Source: an uncultured Verrucomicrobiae bacterium (GTDB lineage: Bacteria > Verrucomicrobiota > Verrucomicrobiia > Chthoniobacterales > JAFAMB01). From it: a stretch of DNA of 64,000 nt. Every line of letters starts with the position of its first letter. Within the stretch, counting starts at the first letter, position 1. The notes beneath the pieces were generated by a model that did not search any database, had not been told where the DNA came from, and worked only from the letters and a program-made list of their open reading frames with translations. The translations under genes were made by a program, and so were the position numbers. The stretch is taken from positions 160,001 through 224,000 of the forward strand of contig CAVXLD010000007.1 of the NCBI GenBank assembly GCA_963762565.1. The letters run 5' to 3'. This document shows, piece after piece, positions 29,441 to 39,960 of this stretch.

Positions 29441-30529
29441 ATGGAAATATCTGAGCAACAAACTTTAGTAAGACCGATGGGCCGTCGCCTGATTTTGGCG
29501 CTCGGCTTATCAGGTAGCCTGATCGTGTCGTCGGGCTTCGCAGCTGCGCCCCCATACAATACGGTGATTACCACTGTCAGCGTAGGGCAAAGCCCGGTTG
29601 CGATCGTCGTCAGTCCTAATGACAAGACGGCATACGTAGCCAACTACAACTCGAGCAGTATCAGCGTGATTGACGCCGCAAATAATTATCAGGTCGCGGC
29701 GACGACCACGGTCGCTCCGAATCCGCAGTACCTGGCAGTTAGCCCGGATGGAACGAGATTGTACGTATCCTCCGCTGGCAATCCAGGGACTATCTCAGTG
29801 ATCGACACGACTAAATCCACCTATCCGCTGTTGAAGAGTTTCTCGGTGGGCAGTGACAATCTGGCGGGTTTGGCTGTTACTCCCAATGGAAACGAGCTTT
29901 ATGTTGCAAGCCCTGGAGACCTTGCTGGCGGCATTGCGGGAACAGTCTTAGTCCTTGATACCTCAACTGATGCGCTGACCACGACGCTCCAGACGGGAGG
30001 GCAACCCTATCAAGTACTATTGCCGATAAATGCTACGGAAGCTTACCTATTAAACTCCGCCGGAAGCGGCTATGCGCAGCTCATCAATTCGAGCACAGGA
30101 AAGATTGTTCGTACGAACGTAGCCGGTGGGCGAATCTTTTTTCCGACAGGAATAGCCACGGAGGGCACCGCCAACAAATTATTCATTACTAGTCAGTTCA
30201 ATTATGTCACCGTTTTCGACGTCAAAACTAGGACGGTAATCAATCAATTTTTGGCGCAAACCGATGTATCCACGGCGATGGAATTGGGACAACCGGCAGT
30301 CAAACCGAACGGGCAATATTTGTATGTGCCGTACAGTTACAATGCCACTACCAATGCGTACCCTAATCAAGTGATAATGCTTTTAGTCTATACGGGGGAA
30401 ATCCTTGGCAAGCCGATCGCAGTCGGCAAACATCCGGTCTGGGCGCAGCTGGCGCCGCACGGAGACACGCTTTATGTGGCCAACGAAAACGACGGCACGG
30501 TAACGGTAATTGATTCGCAGGCGCAGTGA
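29441..30529 (+). CDS. Secreted YncE/YVTN-type beta-propeller protein
   Basis: Repeats of VG..P..IAV.PDG..YVAN...ISVID; N-terminal signal peptide. Confidence 0.85.
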   Translation: MEISEQQTLVRPMGRRLILALGLSGSLIVSSGFAAAPPYNTVITTVSVGQSPVAIVVSPNDKTAYVANYNSSSISVIDAANNYQVAATTTVAPNPQYLAVSPDGTRLYVSSAGNPGTISVIDTTKSTYPLLKSFSVGSDNLAGLAVTPNGNELYVASPGDLAGGIAGTVLVLDTSTDALTTTLQTGGQPYQVLLPINATEAYLLNSAGSGYAQLINSSTGKIVRTNVAGGRIFFPTGIATEGTANKLFITSQFNYVTVFDVKTRTVINQFLAQTDVSTAMELGQPAVKPNGQYLYVPYSYNATTNAYPNQVIMLLVYTGEILGKPIAVGKHPVWAQLAPHGDTLYVANENDGTVTVIDSQAQ

Positions 30530-30563
30530 TTGACGTCTCCAATCCGCTACGCGGATGGCTTTC

Positions 30564-30738
30564 GGGGAGGGCGCGCGTCCCCGCGCGCCGCGAGGACCTG
30601 CCACCAGCCAGCGGCGTATTTTCGTCCGCGATCTAAACACGTCCGCGGTTTCGGTCACGATCCGGCAGCTGCCGCACGAGGACGCGATCCCTCCCCGCGA
30701 TGGGCCCACACTCCACCACTCCGCGTGGCCGGATTCGA
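30564..30738 (+). repeat. REP-like dispersed repeat, copy 2
   Basis: Closely similar to 1798-1963. Confidence 0.75.
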
Positions 30739-30754
30739 GAGAAGAAGGTTAGCG

Positions 30755-31279
30755 CTACACCCTAGTGGGCAAGATGTAAACGACTTCGCGGACGTCGGGA
30801 ACGGTTAGGGCCAGGTTGATCACGGAGAGGGCGTCATCCAGAGAGTTCTGTTGAGCACGGATTGAGACGATGCCGTCGTTAGAAGTGACTTGGAAGTCGC
30901 TGTTTTTCAACTTCGGTTCCCCGGCGATCCGGGCTCGAACGGAGGTGGTGATGATGGCGTCGTTGGTCAGGGCAACGGGATCAGAGTTCGGTTTTGCGCT
31001 CTTTGCTTCTACGACAATCTGGTCACTGCTGGCTTCGACAACTTGGCCGCCCACAATCCGCTCATAAAAGTTCGCTAAGCTCACTCCCCGCGACGCGGTA
31101 TCGTCAGCAACCGCAGGAATAGGCGATGGATGAACTTCGGTTCCGCTGGTGTGCGTCACTCTTGCCGGGGTCTGAAGGGTCCGGGATGAGGACGACTTTG
31201 GACCGGTGCCCGTAGAGGCGCACCCAAACAAGAGAAATATTAGCGGAATCAAGGCCCACGAACAGATTCTTCCAGCCAT
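30755..31279 (-). CDS. BON-domain lipoprotein
   Basis: Lipobox LLFGC; DAIITTSVRARI..V.SNDGIV.I..V.DVREV. Confidence 0.7.
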   Translation of the reverse strand: MAGRICSWALIPLIFLLFGCASTGTGPKSSSSRTLQTPARVTHTSGTEVHPSPIPAVADDTASRGVSLANFYERIVGGQVVEASSDQIVVEAKSAKPNSDPVALTNDAIITTSVRARIAGEPKLKNSDFQVTSNDGIVSIRAQQNSLDDALSVINLALTVPDVREVVYILPTRV

Positions 31280-31377
31280 ATCGTCCAAGTATAACCGGCA
31301 ATTGGGAGCAATTGCTCCTTCGCTTAGACGCATCAGGAGCGATTTTGTTTGCAGATTTTTGTACGAAAGGACCTGTC

Positions 31378-31607
31378 GAGCGCTGCCTCGCTTGCGGATT
31401 GTCGCTCTCGTTCTCGTCGTCGTCCTCGTCTCGGGTTGTTTCGAGCACGTTTTTAGACCTACCAAGATGCACTTTCGAAAGAACGCATTCCGACGGTCGT
31501 TCTCCCCGCGGTGAAGTGGCGAAACTCTCGAGGACGAGGACGAGAACCCGAGGCAGCGCTCCAGGGGTGGCGACCCCATCGGCCTCGCAAGCGAGGCAGC
31601 GCTCCAC
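31378..31607. repeat. Inverted REP-like pair (GAGCGCTGCCTCGCTTGCG / CGCAAGCGAGGCAGCGCTC) enclosing GAGGAC repeats
   Basis: Arm motif also at ~2015 and ~47581. Confidence 0.65.
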
Positions 31608-31642
31608 TTGATATGACGAAAATATCATACGATTGGATAGCC

Positions 31643-32899
31643 ATGTTTAGAAAAATTGGCTTGATCGCCATTCTAGGGGTGCTGGGGATAGGGACGCGGT
31701 GCGTCGCCCAAGGAACCGCCCGAGACTACACCACGCGCGCCGTGCAGTTGGTGAAGGAAGGCAAGGTAAATGAGGCGATGGAGGCATTCACAAAGGCGGT
31801 AGACCTATCTCCGAGCGATCCGATGTATCGCCGGAACCGGTCGGCTATGTACGCGCATTTAAAGCAATGGGACAAAGCGGTCGGCGATTACGACGAAATC
31901 CTTAAGGTCCAAGCGAATGACGTCACTACTCGTTTTAACCGCGGATATGCTTATTTTCAGCTCGGTAAGTTCGACGACGCCGAGCAAGATTTTGACGCGG
32001 TGCTTCAGGCCAAGCCCGATGACGAGAATGCCCTGCGCTATCGCGCCTTTGGTTATATCGAGAAAAAAGAGCCGGACAAGGCGATCGATGATCTAACCAA
32101 ACTGATCACGGCTCACCCGGACGATTCCCAGAACTATATTACGCGGGCCAAGGTCTACGCCGCCAGTGGGAAATGGCAGGAAGCGATTGACGATTATAGC
32201 AAGGTGCTAGCGAAAAATCCGAAAGATCCGAATGCTCTCTGGGCCCAAGCGCTGGCTTATTTGCGCACGAACAATCCGGCTAAAGAGTTGGAAGACCTCA
32301 ATGCCCTCATTGCGGTGAATCCGCACAATCTGGAGGCAGTGAAGGAGCGCGCGGAAAACTACCGCCGAGCAGGGGACAACGACAAGGCAATCGCGGATTA
32401 TACGCAGGCGCTTCAACTCCAGTCAAAGGATGCATCGCTTTATGCCGGGCGAGCTTTCGCTGAGTTAAAGAAGAGTGACAAGACGAATGCGCTCAACGAT
32501 TTCAACAAGGCGATCGAATTGGCGCCTGATAACAGTGACTACTACACGGGACGCGCCTACATCTACGTAACGAGCGGGGATGCGACCAAAGCGGTTGGCG
32601 ATTTTAATCGGCTGATCGCACTTAAGCCAGACAACGCGGATTTGTATGTGCACCGCGGAGATGTGTATTCAAAGCTCAAGCAATGGGACCAAGCGGGCGC
32701 GGACTACGAAAAGGCTCTTTCCTTGGAGCCGAACAACTACTTAGCGCTGGCCGGTAAAGGATATGTAATGGGGCAAAAAGGGGATGTTCGAGCAGGCGCC
32801 GACCTGCTCCAGAAGGCCTTGCAGCAGGCGACCGATCCGGATCACAAGGAAGAAATCCGGGTCATGCTACGTGATATTGGGGTGGGACCGCAGCTCTGA
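31643..32899 (+). CDS. Exported tetratricopeptide repeat protein
   Basis: About 11 TPR units (NRG.AY..LG....A..DF..AL...P); signal peptide. Confidence 0.9.
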   Translation: MFRKIGLIAILGVLGIGTRCVAQGTARDYTTRAVQLVKEGKVNEAMEAFTKAVDLSPSDPMYRRNRSAMYAHLKQWDKAVGDYDEILKVQANDVTTRFNRGYAYFQLGKFDDAEQDFDAVLQAKPDDENALRYRAFGYIEKKEPDKAIDDLTKLITAHPDDSQNYITRAKVYAASGKWQEAIDDYSKVLAKNPKDPNALWAQALAYLRTNNPAKELEDLNALIAVNPHNLEAVKERAENYRRAGDNDKAIADYTQALQLQSKDASLYAGRAFAELKKSDKTNALNDFNKAIELAPDNSDYYTGRAYIYVTSGDATKAVGDFNRLIALKPDNADLYVHRGDVYSKLKQWDQAGADYEKALSLEPNNYLALAGKGYVMGQKGDVRAGADLLQKALQQATDPDHKEEIRVMLRDIGVGPQL

Positions 32900-33072
32900 T
32901 GGTGAGAAGTGAGAAGTGATTGGTGAGAGGTGGCGGGAAAGGAGCTAGGAGCTAGGAGACGGCGTCGCCGCGGGGAGACATATAGGTCCTATGTGTCCCA
33001 TAGGTCCCATCCAAGCCACCCCATACGACAATCATCAACGAATCGCTTTCTTTATCCCCTCGGTTTCCCCTT

Positions 33073-33663
33073 CTAGCTCCCAGCTCCTTCTTCCGGAACG
33101 ACCTCAAATCTCTCCAGCGACGCCGTAATTTTCTCCATGGGCAGACCGACGACGTTGGTGAATGAGCCGCTGATACTTTCGATGATGGAACCCGGGTCGG
33201 TCTGGGCCGCGTAGCCCCCGGCCTTATCCAGCGGGTCTATGCGGCTGAGGTAGTCCTCGATTTCTGGGGCGGCTAATTTTCGAAACGTGACTTCGGTTTG
33301 AGCGACCTCGTAGCAAAGGCGCGATTGGGCGTAGCTGACGATAGCTGCCCCGGTGAAAACGGAGTGGGTGCGTCCGGAAAGTTCTTCCAGGAATGATCGT
33401 GCTTCCGGCAGATCTTTTGGTTTGCCGAATTTCTTGTTGCCGAGCGCGACGATGGTATCCGCGGCCAACACCACGGCCTTAGGGTGTCTGGGTGCAACTG
33501 CGAAAGCTTTCCGTCGAGCATTGAAAAGAGTTAGTTCGCATGGAGTCAGAAAATCGACAAACAACTCTGTTACCGCGCTGGTTACGACCGTGAACTGGTA
33601 ACCAGCCTCAGCCAATAGATCCGCTCGCCGGATTGAGCCTGACGCCAGGATGAGTGCTCTCAC
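33073..33663 (-). CDS. maf: Maf-family nucleoside triphosphate pyrophosphatase
   Basis: LILASGS.RR, ADT, GKP, DKAGGY, NVVGLP. Confidence 0.92.
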   Translation of the reverse strand: MRALILASGSIRRADLLAEAGYQFTVVTSAVTELFVDFLTPCELTLFNARRKAFAVAPRHPKAVVLAADTIVALGNKKFGKPKDLPEARSFLEELSGRTHSVFTGAAIVSYAQSRLCYEVAQTEVTFRKLAAPEIEDYLSRIDPLDKAGGYAAQTDPGSIIESISGSFTNVVGLPMEKITASLERFEVVPEEGAGS

Positions 33664-34361
33664 GGTTGAGATGGTGAGGTAGTCGCACTAGGAACCGGCG
33701 ACGGACTAGGCTTTAGCTCGACATAACCCTCGGGAATGGCGAACTCGGATTCGCTCAATGTCGATTGCTGAACATAATCGACCGTCGTGACGACTGGTTG
33801 TCCGAGCACTTCGATCGTCGTGCGGATCGGCATTCCGGGGTATTTGTCGGGGGGAATGGAAAGAGCTCTGAAAAGGTTTAGCCCGGGCGCATTCTGGGCG
33901 GCATACAGCGCGCTAAGCAGGGCCTGATAGTTGGGAAAATCTTTGGCAACTTGTACACGAACAGGCAGGCCGGCGATCTTGCCGACAAATTCATCAGTGT
34001 CGTAGCCGTTAATCTGTTCCTTCTTGCCGGTGGGTTGAAAATCGACCGTCTCTTCGTTGCCGGTTTGTTGAGAAAGGAGCTTCTTTAGCGCATTCCCTTC
34101 GGCCCCGAGTTCATCCGCTTTCACGCTGAGAAACATCTTGGTTTGATGCAAGAGGATCGTAGTGACTCCTGACTGTGTATCCAGGAGTGCGGTCGTTTCC
34201 GGGTTAGCATCAATCCGGCAATGATTGTCTTTCAGTTTTATGGTGACGTCTTGATTCCGACCGAGGTTTTGTACGGTCTCCTTAACAACGAAGTCCGCCC
34301 AACTGTTCTGGACGCATAGTGCAAATAGAAGTGCGGCAAAGACGAACAATTGCATAAGCAA
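33660..34361 (-). CDS. Exported protein (DUF4412-like)
   Basis: Signal peptide; TGKKEQINGYDTDEF; F.IPEGY C-terminus. Confidence 0.65.
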   Translation of the reverse strand: MLMQLFVFAALLFALCVQNSWADFVVKETVQNLGRNQDVTIKLKDNHCRIDANPETTALLDTQSGVTTILLHQTKMFLSVKADELGAEGNALKKLLSQQTGNEETVDFQPTGKKEQINGYDTDEFVGKIAGLPVRVQVAKDFPNYQALLSALYAAQNAPGLNLFRALSIPPDKYPGMPIRTTIEVLGQPVVTTVDYVQQSTLSESEFAIPEGYVELKPSPSPVPSATTSPSQP

Positions 34362-34418
34362 GAGGTGGACTAGTCAACCTATAAGAAAAGTTCGATGGGA
34401 CAAGTGGGTGCCCACACA

Positions 34419-35876
34419 TCACTCGGCCGGACTTTTCACCAATACGACCAGATCAAAGGGTTCCGGAAGGGGGAGCATAAATCGCGCTGGTGACCGTCGT
34501 ACCTTCCATCGGGAGAAATCGAACCCGGAAATGGGGACCTGTTTCCAGCTCGGATCGACTGCGATCTGGGCCAAATCCGTTTTGGTAACTACACACACGG
34601 CGGAAGGTGCGCTCTCCAAGAAATGAGCAACTTCCGGCGGAGACAGGTGAACTAGGAACGGCTTAACCGAGTACCGGAAATACCAAACCAGGCTTTGTTC
34701 ATCGTAAGTAGCGTACGCCACGCGGGTTTCCGGGTTGAGGGATTGCTTTACACCTTCGTATGCCGACCTGGAGGGGAAATAGGGAGCGATCCAGGAGAAT
34801 CCGACGAGGGCGACCAACACATAAAGGGCGACCGTCCCGGCGGCTAGCCGACGAGCGAGAACGCCAGGATTCAGCGTTTTAGCAACTAGGATCGCTAGAA
34901 GCGGAAAGGCCGGCAACGTGTAGTGCGGCAGTTTGGTCTGGATCAGGGTGAATACGAGAAAAACCGGGACAATGCCGCTTAGGAGATAGCGTTCGGGTAG
35001 ACCCACGCCTCGCCTGAGGCGCGCCAAGGTGACGGGCAGATAAATGCACCAAGGAAAAAAGCTTAGGAAAATTGTGACCAGATAGAACGGGAGCGAAAGC
35101 ACATAACCGATGAGACCATTCCCGCCATGGCTCTGCATCGGAGCGAGGGATCGCTCCACAACGTGGCGGCCGATCCCGATGGCAAAGAACTCGCCTTTAG
35201 TGGCGATTAACGCGGGGATACCCCAAGCGCCTACGATCAGTATCAAAAGGACCGTGCCCAAACAGGCTGACCCGACATGAAATGAGAACCCCTTCCTTTG
35301 GGAGAGATAAAAAATGGCAGGGAACAAGATGGGCAGCAACGCAATCGGGCCCTTGGCTAAGAACCCAAGAGCCAGAGAGATATAGAACGCGAACCAAAGC
35401 CAGCGCGATTTGGGCTTAGTTAATCTTTCCCACGCGATCCAGGTGGCGCTCAGGAAAAAAAAGATCATGGGCATATCAGCGACAGCCGCCCGGCCGTGGA
35501 TGAATAGCTGGAGACAAGTGCCAAAGATGATTCCGGACCAGAGACCGATTTTGGGCCCGTAGAGACGAGCCCCCCACATGGCGCTGAGAACGGCCGTGGC
35601 TGCAGCGAAAAGCACTGATGGGAAACGGACCGAGAAGTCGCTCTCACCGAGCAGCTGTCCGCTACCGACCTGACACCAGTAAATCAATGGCGGCTTATCG
35701 AAACGGTACTCTCCGTTGACGCGAGGGATGACAAAGTCGCCGCTTTGACGCATCTCGCGAGACGCCTCGGCAAAGCGGGGTTCGTCCCGATCAATAAGGG
35801 GGAGGGTGTTGTTCCCGAGCGAATCGATGATTGCGACCGCAACGAAAAGGAGCAAAAGGTGGAGCGGTCGAATCAT
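34419..35876 (-). CDS. ArnT-like glycosyltransferase family 39
   Basis: DRDEPRFAEASREM, FDKPPLIYW, LAKGP, KLPHYTLP. Confidence 0.9.
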   Translation of the reverse strand: MIRPLHLLLLFVAVAIIDSLGNNTLPLIDRDEPRFAEASREMRQSGDFVIPRVNGEYRFDKPPLIYWCQVGSGQLLGESDFSVRFPSVLFAAATAVLSAMWGARLYGPKIGLWSGIIFGTCLQLFIHGRAAVADMPMIFFFLSATWIAWERLTKPKSRWLWFAFYISLALGFLAKGPIALLPILFPAIFYLSQRKGFSFHVGSACLGTVLLILIVGAWGIPALIATKGEFFAIGIGRHVVERSLAPMQSHGGNGLIGYVLSLPFYLVTIFLSFFPWCIYLPVTLARLRRGVGLPERYLLSGIVPVFLVFTLIQTKLPHYTLPAFPLLAILVAKTLNPGVLARRLAAGTVALYVLVALVGFSWIAPYFPSRSAYEGVKQSLNPETRVAYATYDEQSLVWYFRYSVKPFLVHLSPPEVAHFLESAPSAVCVVTKTDLAQIAVDPSWKQVPISGFDFSRWKVRRSPARFMLPLPEPFDLVVLVKSPAE

Positions 35877-36004
35877 TAGCCTGCATTTCTCACAGCATCC
35901 ACCCAGCGGCCGAACTCAGTTTGAAGCGTTCCTGCTGTGAGAAATGCAGGCTGCGGGACGAGTCGGTCGACAAATCTGTCAACCAATGTGACAGAGTTGT
36001 TCAG

Positions 36005-36694
36005 ATGGAATCTCACAGAGCACAACCTTCGCGACAAAACCCGCCACGCACGGCGGCTCTGCCTGTGTGGCTCGATCCGTTGATCTGGTTGTTTATTTTG
36101 ATCGTGGTGGCCTGCCTGGGATTTTATTTCGACCAAACGGTCGTCAGAGCGATCGCGGGTCATCAGATAACCTGGCTGGAGCACGTCGCTGGGATCATTT
36201 CGAAATTTGGAGATTGGCCTGAGCTAATGGGGTATGCGGCGGTCGCATTGATCGGAGTGGGCTTCGCTCGAAAACGGACTTTGGTCAAAGTGATTCTCTG
36301 TATGATGATCGCGGGCACCTTAGCCGGGGCTCTGACCAATAGTGTGCGATTACTTTCCGGGAGAGCGCGTCCGAATAATTACGAAGTCCCGCCGGGCTGG
36401 TACGGACTGTGGTATCAGGGTCAATGGCTACTGGGAAAATACAAGTTTCATTCTTTTCCCTCTGGGCACACCGCCACAGCGTTTGCTTTTTTTGGAGTAA
36501 TCGGCTTTGCCTATCGACGTCGCTGGGCCTGGAGTTTTCTGGCGCTGGCCGGCGTGATCGGTTGGTCGCGCCTGTATATCAACGCCCACTTTTTCTCGGA
36601 CGTCCTGGTTGGCCTGGTGGTTGGGCTCTTTTTCGCGCAACTGACGTGGGAGCGAGCAGGGCCGGTTGTGCAGAAGGTGATTGGTGATTGGTGA
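36005..36694 (+). CDS. PAP2-family phosphatase
   Basis: GRARP, SFPSGH, SRLYINAHFFSDV. Confidence 0.9.
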   Translation: MESHRAQPSRQNPPRTAALPVWLDPLIWLFILIVVACLGFYFDQTVVRAIAGHQITWLEHVAGIISKFGDWPELMGYAAVALIGVGFARKRTLVKVILCMMIAGTLAGALTNSVRLLSGRARPNNYEVPPGWYGLWYQGQWLLGKYKFHSFPSGHTATAFAFFGVIGFAYRRRWAWSFLALAGVIGWSRLYINAHFFSDVLVGLVVGLFFAQLTWERAGPVVQKVIGDW

Positions 36695-36792
36695 TTGGTA
36701 GGATCTCGCACCTACCGAACCAGGAGAGCTAGCGTTTCTGGTTAGCGACAAACAGTAGGAACTCGTCCCCCCACCAATCACCAATTCACTAA

Positions 36793-37930
36793 TCACACTT
36801 CATCGTCCGCGCCTTTCTTATTAGTCAGGCCGCGGAGTTTGCCTTCGATGAATTCATCGAGGTCGCCGTCCATGACGGCTTGGACGTTGCTAGTCTCGAC
36901 GCCGGTACGGTGGTCTTTGACCATCTGGTAAGGTTGGAAAACATAGGACCGAATTTGGCTTCCCCAGGCGATTTCGCCTTTCTCACCGTATTGCCGGTCA
37001 ATTTCGGCCTGTTTTTTGTCCTGCTCGATCTGGAGCAGTTTGGCTTTCAACATGTTTAGGGCCATTTGCCGGTTTCGTCCCTGGCTACGTTCGGCCTGAC
37101 AAGCGACTACTAAACCGGTCGGCACGTGGGTAATCCGGACCGCAGTCTCCACCTTGTTTACGTTTTGGCCGCCCTTTCCTCCACTCCTGAAGGTGTCGAT
37201 TAAGAGATCGCTCTCGTTGACTTCGATGTTTACGTCTTCTTTGAGCTCGGGTACCACATCGACGCTGGCAAAGGAGGTATGCCGGCGTTTATTCGCATCA
37301 AAGGGAGAAATGCGTACCAGGCGATGAACCCCGCGTTCTGTCTGTAAATAGCCGTACGCGTATTCACCGCTGACCAAAATAGTGACCGATTTTACACCGG
37401 CCTCGTCTCCCTCTTGGATATCAACGATCTGGTTGGAAAATCCGCTGCGTTCCGTCCAGCGCTGAAACATCCGAAGCAGCATATCGGCCCAATCGCAAGA
37501 CTCTGTGCCTCCGGCTCCGGCGTGGATGGTCAGGAACGCGTTGTTTTTGTCGAACTCGCCAGCCAACAGCATCTTCAATTCGAAAGCCTCGAGCTCTTTG
37601 CTCAAGGTTTCATACTCTCCGCTGACCTCACGAAAAGCGGTTGATTGGCTCGTCGGATCGGTTTCTTCTTTTGCCAGAGAAAGAAGCACTTCCAGGTCGT
37701 CCGCTTTTTCGGTCAATTGCGAAAAAGGCAAGGTCTTCGAACGCACGGAAGACGCTTCATCGATAACCTGCTGGGCGCGTTCTTTATTGTCCCAGAAGCC
37801 GGGTTCCGCCATGCTCGATTCAAGCTCGCTGAGCCGGGCTTTCAGCTTCGGGTAGTCAAAGATACCTCCGAAGTTCGCCTAAACGGCTCTTCAGGTCTTC
37901 GACTTTGATGGCTTGAAAATCGACTTCCAT
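36793..37930 (-). CDS. prfB: Peptide chain release factor 2 with programmed +1 frameshift
   Basis: SPF and GGQ motifs; minus strand GGAGG-TAT-CTT-TGA-C slippery site at ~37855-37869. Confidence 0.97.
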
Positions 37931-38092
37931 AGAGCCGGTACTGTGCTTCCAAACGAAAGGAGTGTAAAGGGAGCGAATGGGCGCACCGGCGAAAGGGCTT
38001 GGCAAGCGTAACCCCTTTTCCCTAGATTCGTCTAAAGGAGGAAGCTGAGAGGAAATGTTCTTCACACGCTGGCCCCCAAAATACCCAGAGAA

Positions 38093-38536
38093 ATGAATAC
38101 ATCGAAATCATTGATTGCGGTCGCACTACAGATTGCGGCCTGTGCTGGTCTGCTTCCAAAAGATGGCAAAGCGAGTCCCATCAATGCAGGGGCCAGTAAT
38201 GATGCCCGAATTGGCGACCGAGTAGCCAGAGTAAGGCAACTGCTTTCTCAGACCGCGGACGAACAATTAACTGGCGTTAGAGAAGTAAACGGAGTCCGAG
38301 TAAACTGGGCGGACTGGCACAAAGGCGGCCACGGCGGTTGGGGTAACGGCGGCCGTTGGGGAAATGGAGGCAGAGGAGGTTACCACTGGGGAAATGGAGG
38401 CAGAGGAGCTTGGGGCAATGGTGGCTGGGGTAATGGCGGCGGCTTCCGAATTCCGTTCGGTTGGGCCAATATAGGATGGCCGAATGGAGGCATTGTGGTA
38501 GCGCCGGGCTGGCACAAGTACTGGTGGAATCGCTAG
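38093..38536 (+). CDS. GrrA/OscA-like Gly-rich rSAM-modified RiPP precursor
   Basis: Leader with RVARVR; core with five WGNGG repeats plus WAN, WPN, WWN, WAD; directly upstream of rSAM gene. Confidence 0.85.
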   Translation: MNTSKSLIAVALQIAACAGLLPKDGKASPINAGASNDARIGDRVARVRQLLSQTADEQLTGVREVNGVRVNWADWHKGGHGGWGNGGRWGNGGRGGYHWGNGGRGAWGNGGWGNGGGFRIPFGWANIGWPNGGIVVAPGWHKYWWNR

Positions 38537-38657
38537 TCCACTAAGGGTTTTACGTTCTAGGTTGTAGGTTTTAGGTTCTAAGTTATTATCGCGGCGCTTC
38601 GCCTTTCCCGAAGCCGAAACTTGGAACCTTTAACTTAAAACTTCTAACCCGTAACCG

Positions 38658-39839
38658 ATGAGTATGGAGGTGTCGCCTGTCGAGTTGCTGATCTTTCAGC
38701 CAACGCCGTTCTGCAACCTTAATTGCACTTATTGCTATCTACCCGATCGCAAAGACAAACGGGTCATGGATGTTGGGATCGTCCGGACCACTGTGGAGAA
38801 GCTGAAGGAAGAACAGCTTCTTGCACCCGGCCTGGGAATTATCTGGCACGCGGGCGAGCCAACGGTGGTCCGCCCAGAGCAGTATGCGGCTTATTTCGCA
38901 CCGATTCGCGAAGTGCTCGGGGACTTAGAATATGTGCAACACTTCCAAACCAACGGCACGCTGATTGATGATCACTGGTGCGATTTTATCGCTGAGCATC
39001 AAATTGCAGTCGGTGTCAGTATTGACGGGCCCGATTACATTCACGACCGCTCTAGAAAATCCTGGAGCGGTCGCGGGACACTCGACAAGACGTTGCGCGG
39101 GATCCAAGCGTTGAAGAAACATGGCATCCCTTTCCACACGATTTCCGTGATCGGCGAGGCGTCTCTTGGTCACGCCAAAGAAATCTATGATTTTCTGGTC
39201 TCTCTGGAACCGGTTCTGATTGGGTTCAACGTCGAGGAACAGGAAGGCGTCAATCGGACCTCGACCCTGACAAATCGGTCTGATCGCGTAGAACGGTTCT
39301 TCCAAGAGCTCTACGATTGCGCCCGGGAAAACGCCTTTGAACCGCCGATCCGCGAGTTTGAAAATGCCTGTGGCGCTATCGCCGCGGGTGGCGGCAGCGG
39401 CACCAACCAGCAGGTTTATCCGTACGGAATATTGACGGTTTCAGTCGATGGCGCCTTTACGACGTTCTCACCTGAACTGCTGGGAATGAGTGCGAAGAAG
39501 TACGGAGCACTCGAAATCGGAAATGTTAAAACCGACTCTTTCCGAGGGGCATTACAGACTCCAAAATACCACCAGTTAGCTTCTGATATCTTTGCGGGCG
39601 TAAAACGTTGTGAAGAGACCTGCGAGTATTTCGACGTTTGCGGTGGCGGTGCCCCAGCTAACAAGCTATTTGAAACCGGCAGTTTTGCAGTGGCCGAGAC
39701 CAATTTTTGCGAGCAGCACCTGAAGATACCGGTTCGAATCGTGCTCAATGACCTGGAGACGACGTTGGCCGGAGCCGGCAAGGCTTTCCCGGTGCCGAAG
39801 TCCGGTGACAAAGGGCATCGGATTAGTCAGTGGGAATAG
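38658..39839 (+). CDS. GrrM/OscB-family cyclophane-forming radical SAM/SPASM maturase
   Basis: QPTPFCNLNCTYCYL, WHAGEP, FSPELL, SPASM CEETCEYFDVCGGGAPANK.FE.GSF..AET.FC. Confidence 0.88.
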   Translation: MSMEVSPVELLIFQPTPFCNLNCTYCYLPDRKDKRVMDVGIVRTTVEKLKEEQLLAPGLGIIWHAGEPTVVRPEQYAAYFAPIREVLGDLEYVQHFQTNGTLIDDHWCDFIAEHQIAVGVSIDGPDYIHDRSRKSWSGRGTLDKTLRGIQALKKHGIPFHTISVIGEASLGHAKEIYDFLVSLEPVLIGFNVEEQEGVNRTSTLTNRSDRVERFFQELYDCARENAFEPPIREFENACGAIAAGGGSGTNQQVYPYGILTVSVDGAFTTFSPELLGMSAKKYGALEIGNVKTDSFRGALQTPKYHQLASDIFAGVKRCEETCEYFDVCGGGAPANKLFETGSFAVAETNFCEQHLKIPVRIVLNDLETTLAGAGKAFPVPKSGDKGHRISQWE

Positions 39840-39960
39840 CCGATCGGCGGAGGACATGGTGAAGACCGCCCGGATCGGCCACGACGGCGTCCTCGCACTC
39901 CGAGAGTGTGCCATTCTGTTCATTGGCGATCGGCTATTCGCTATCGTCCCTTGCCCGCCT

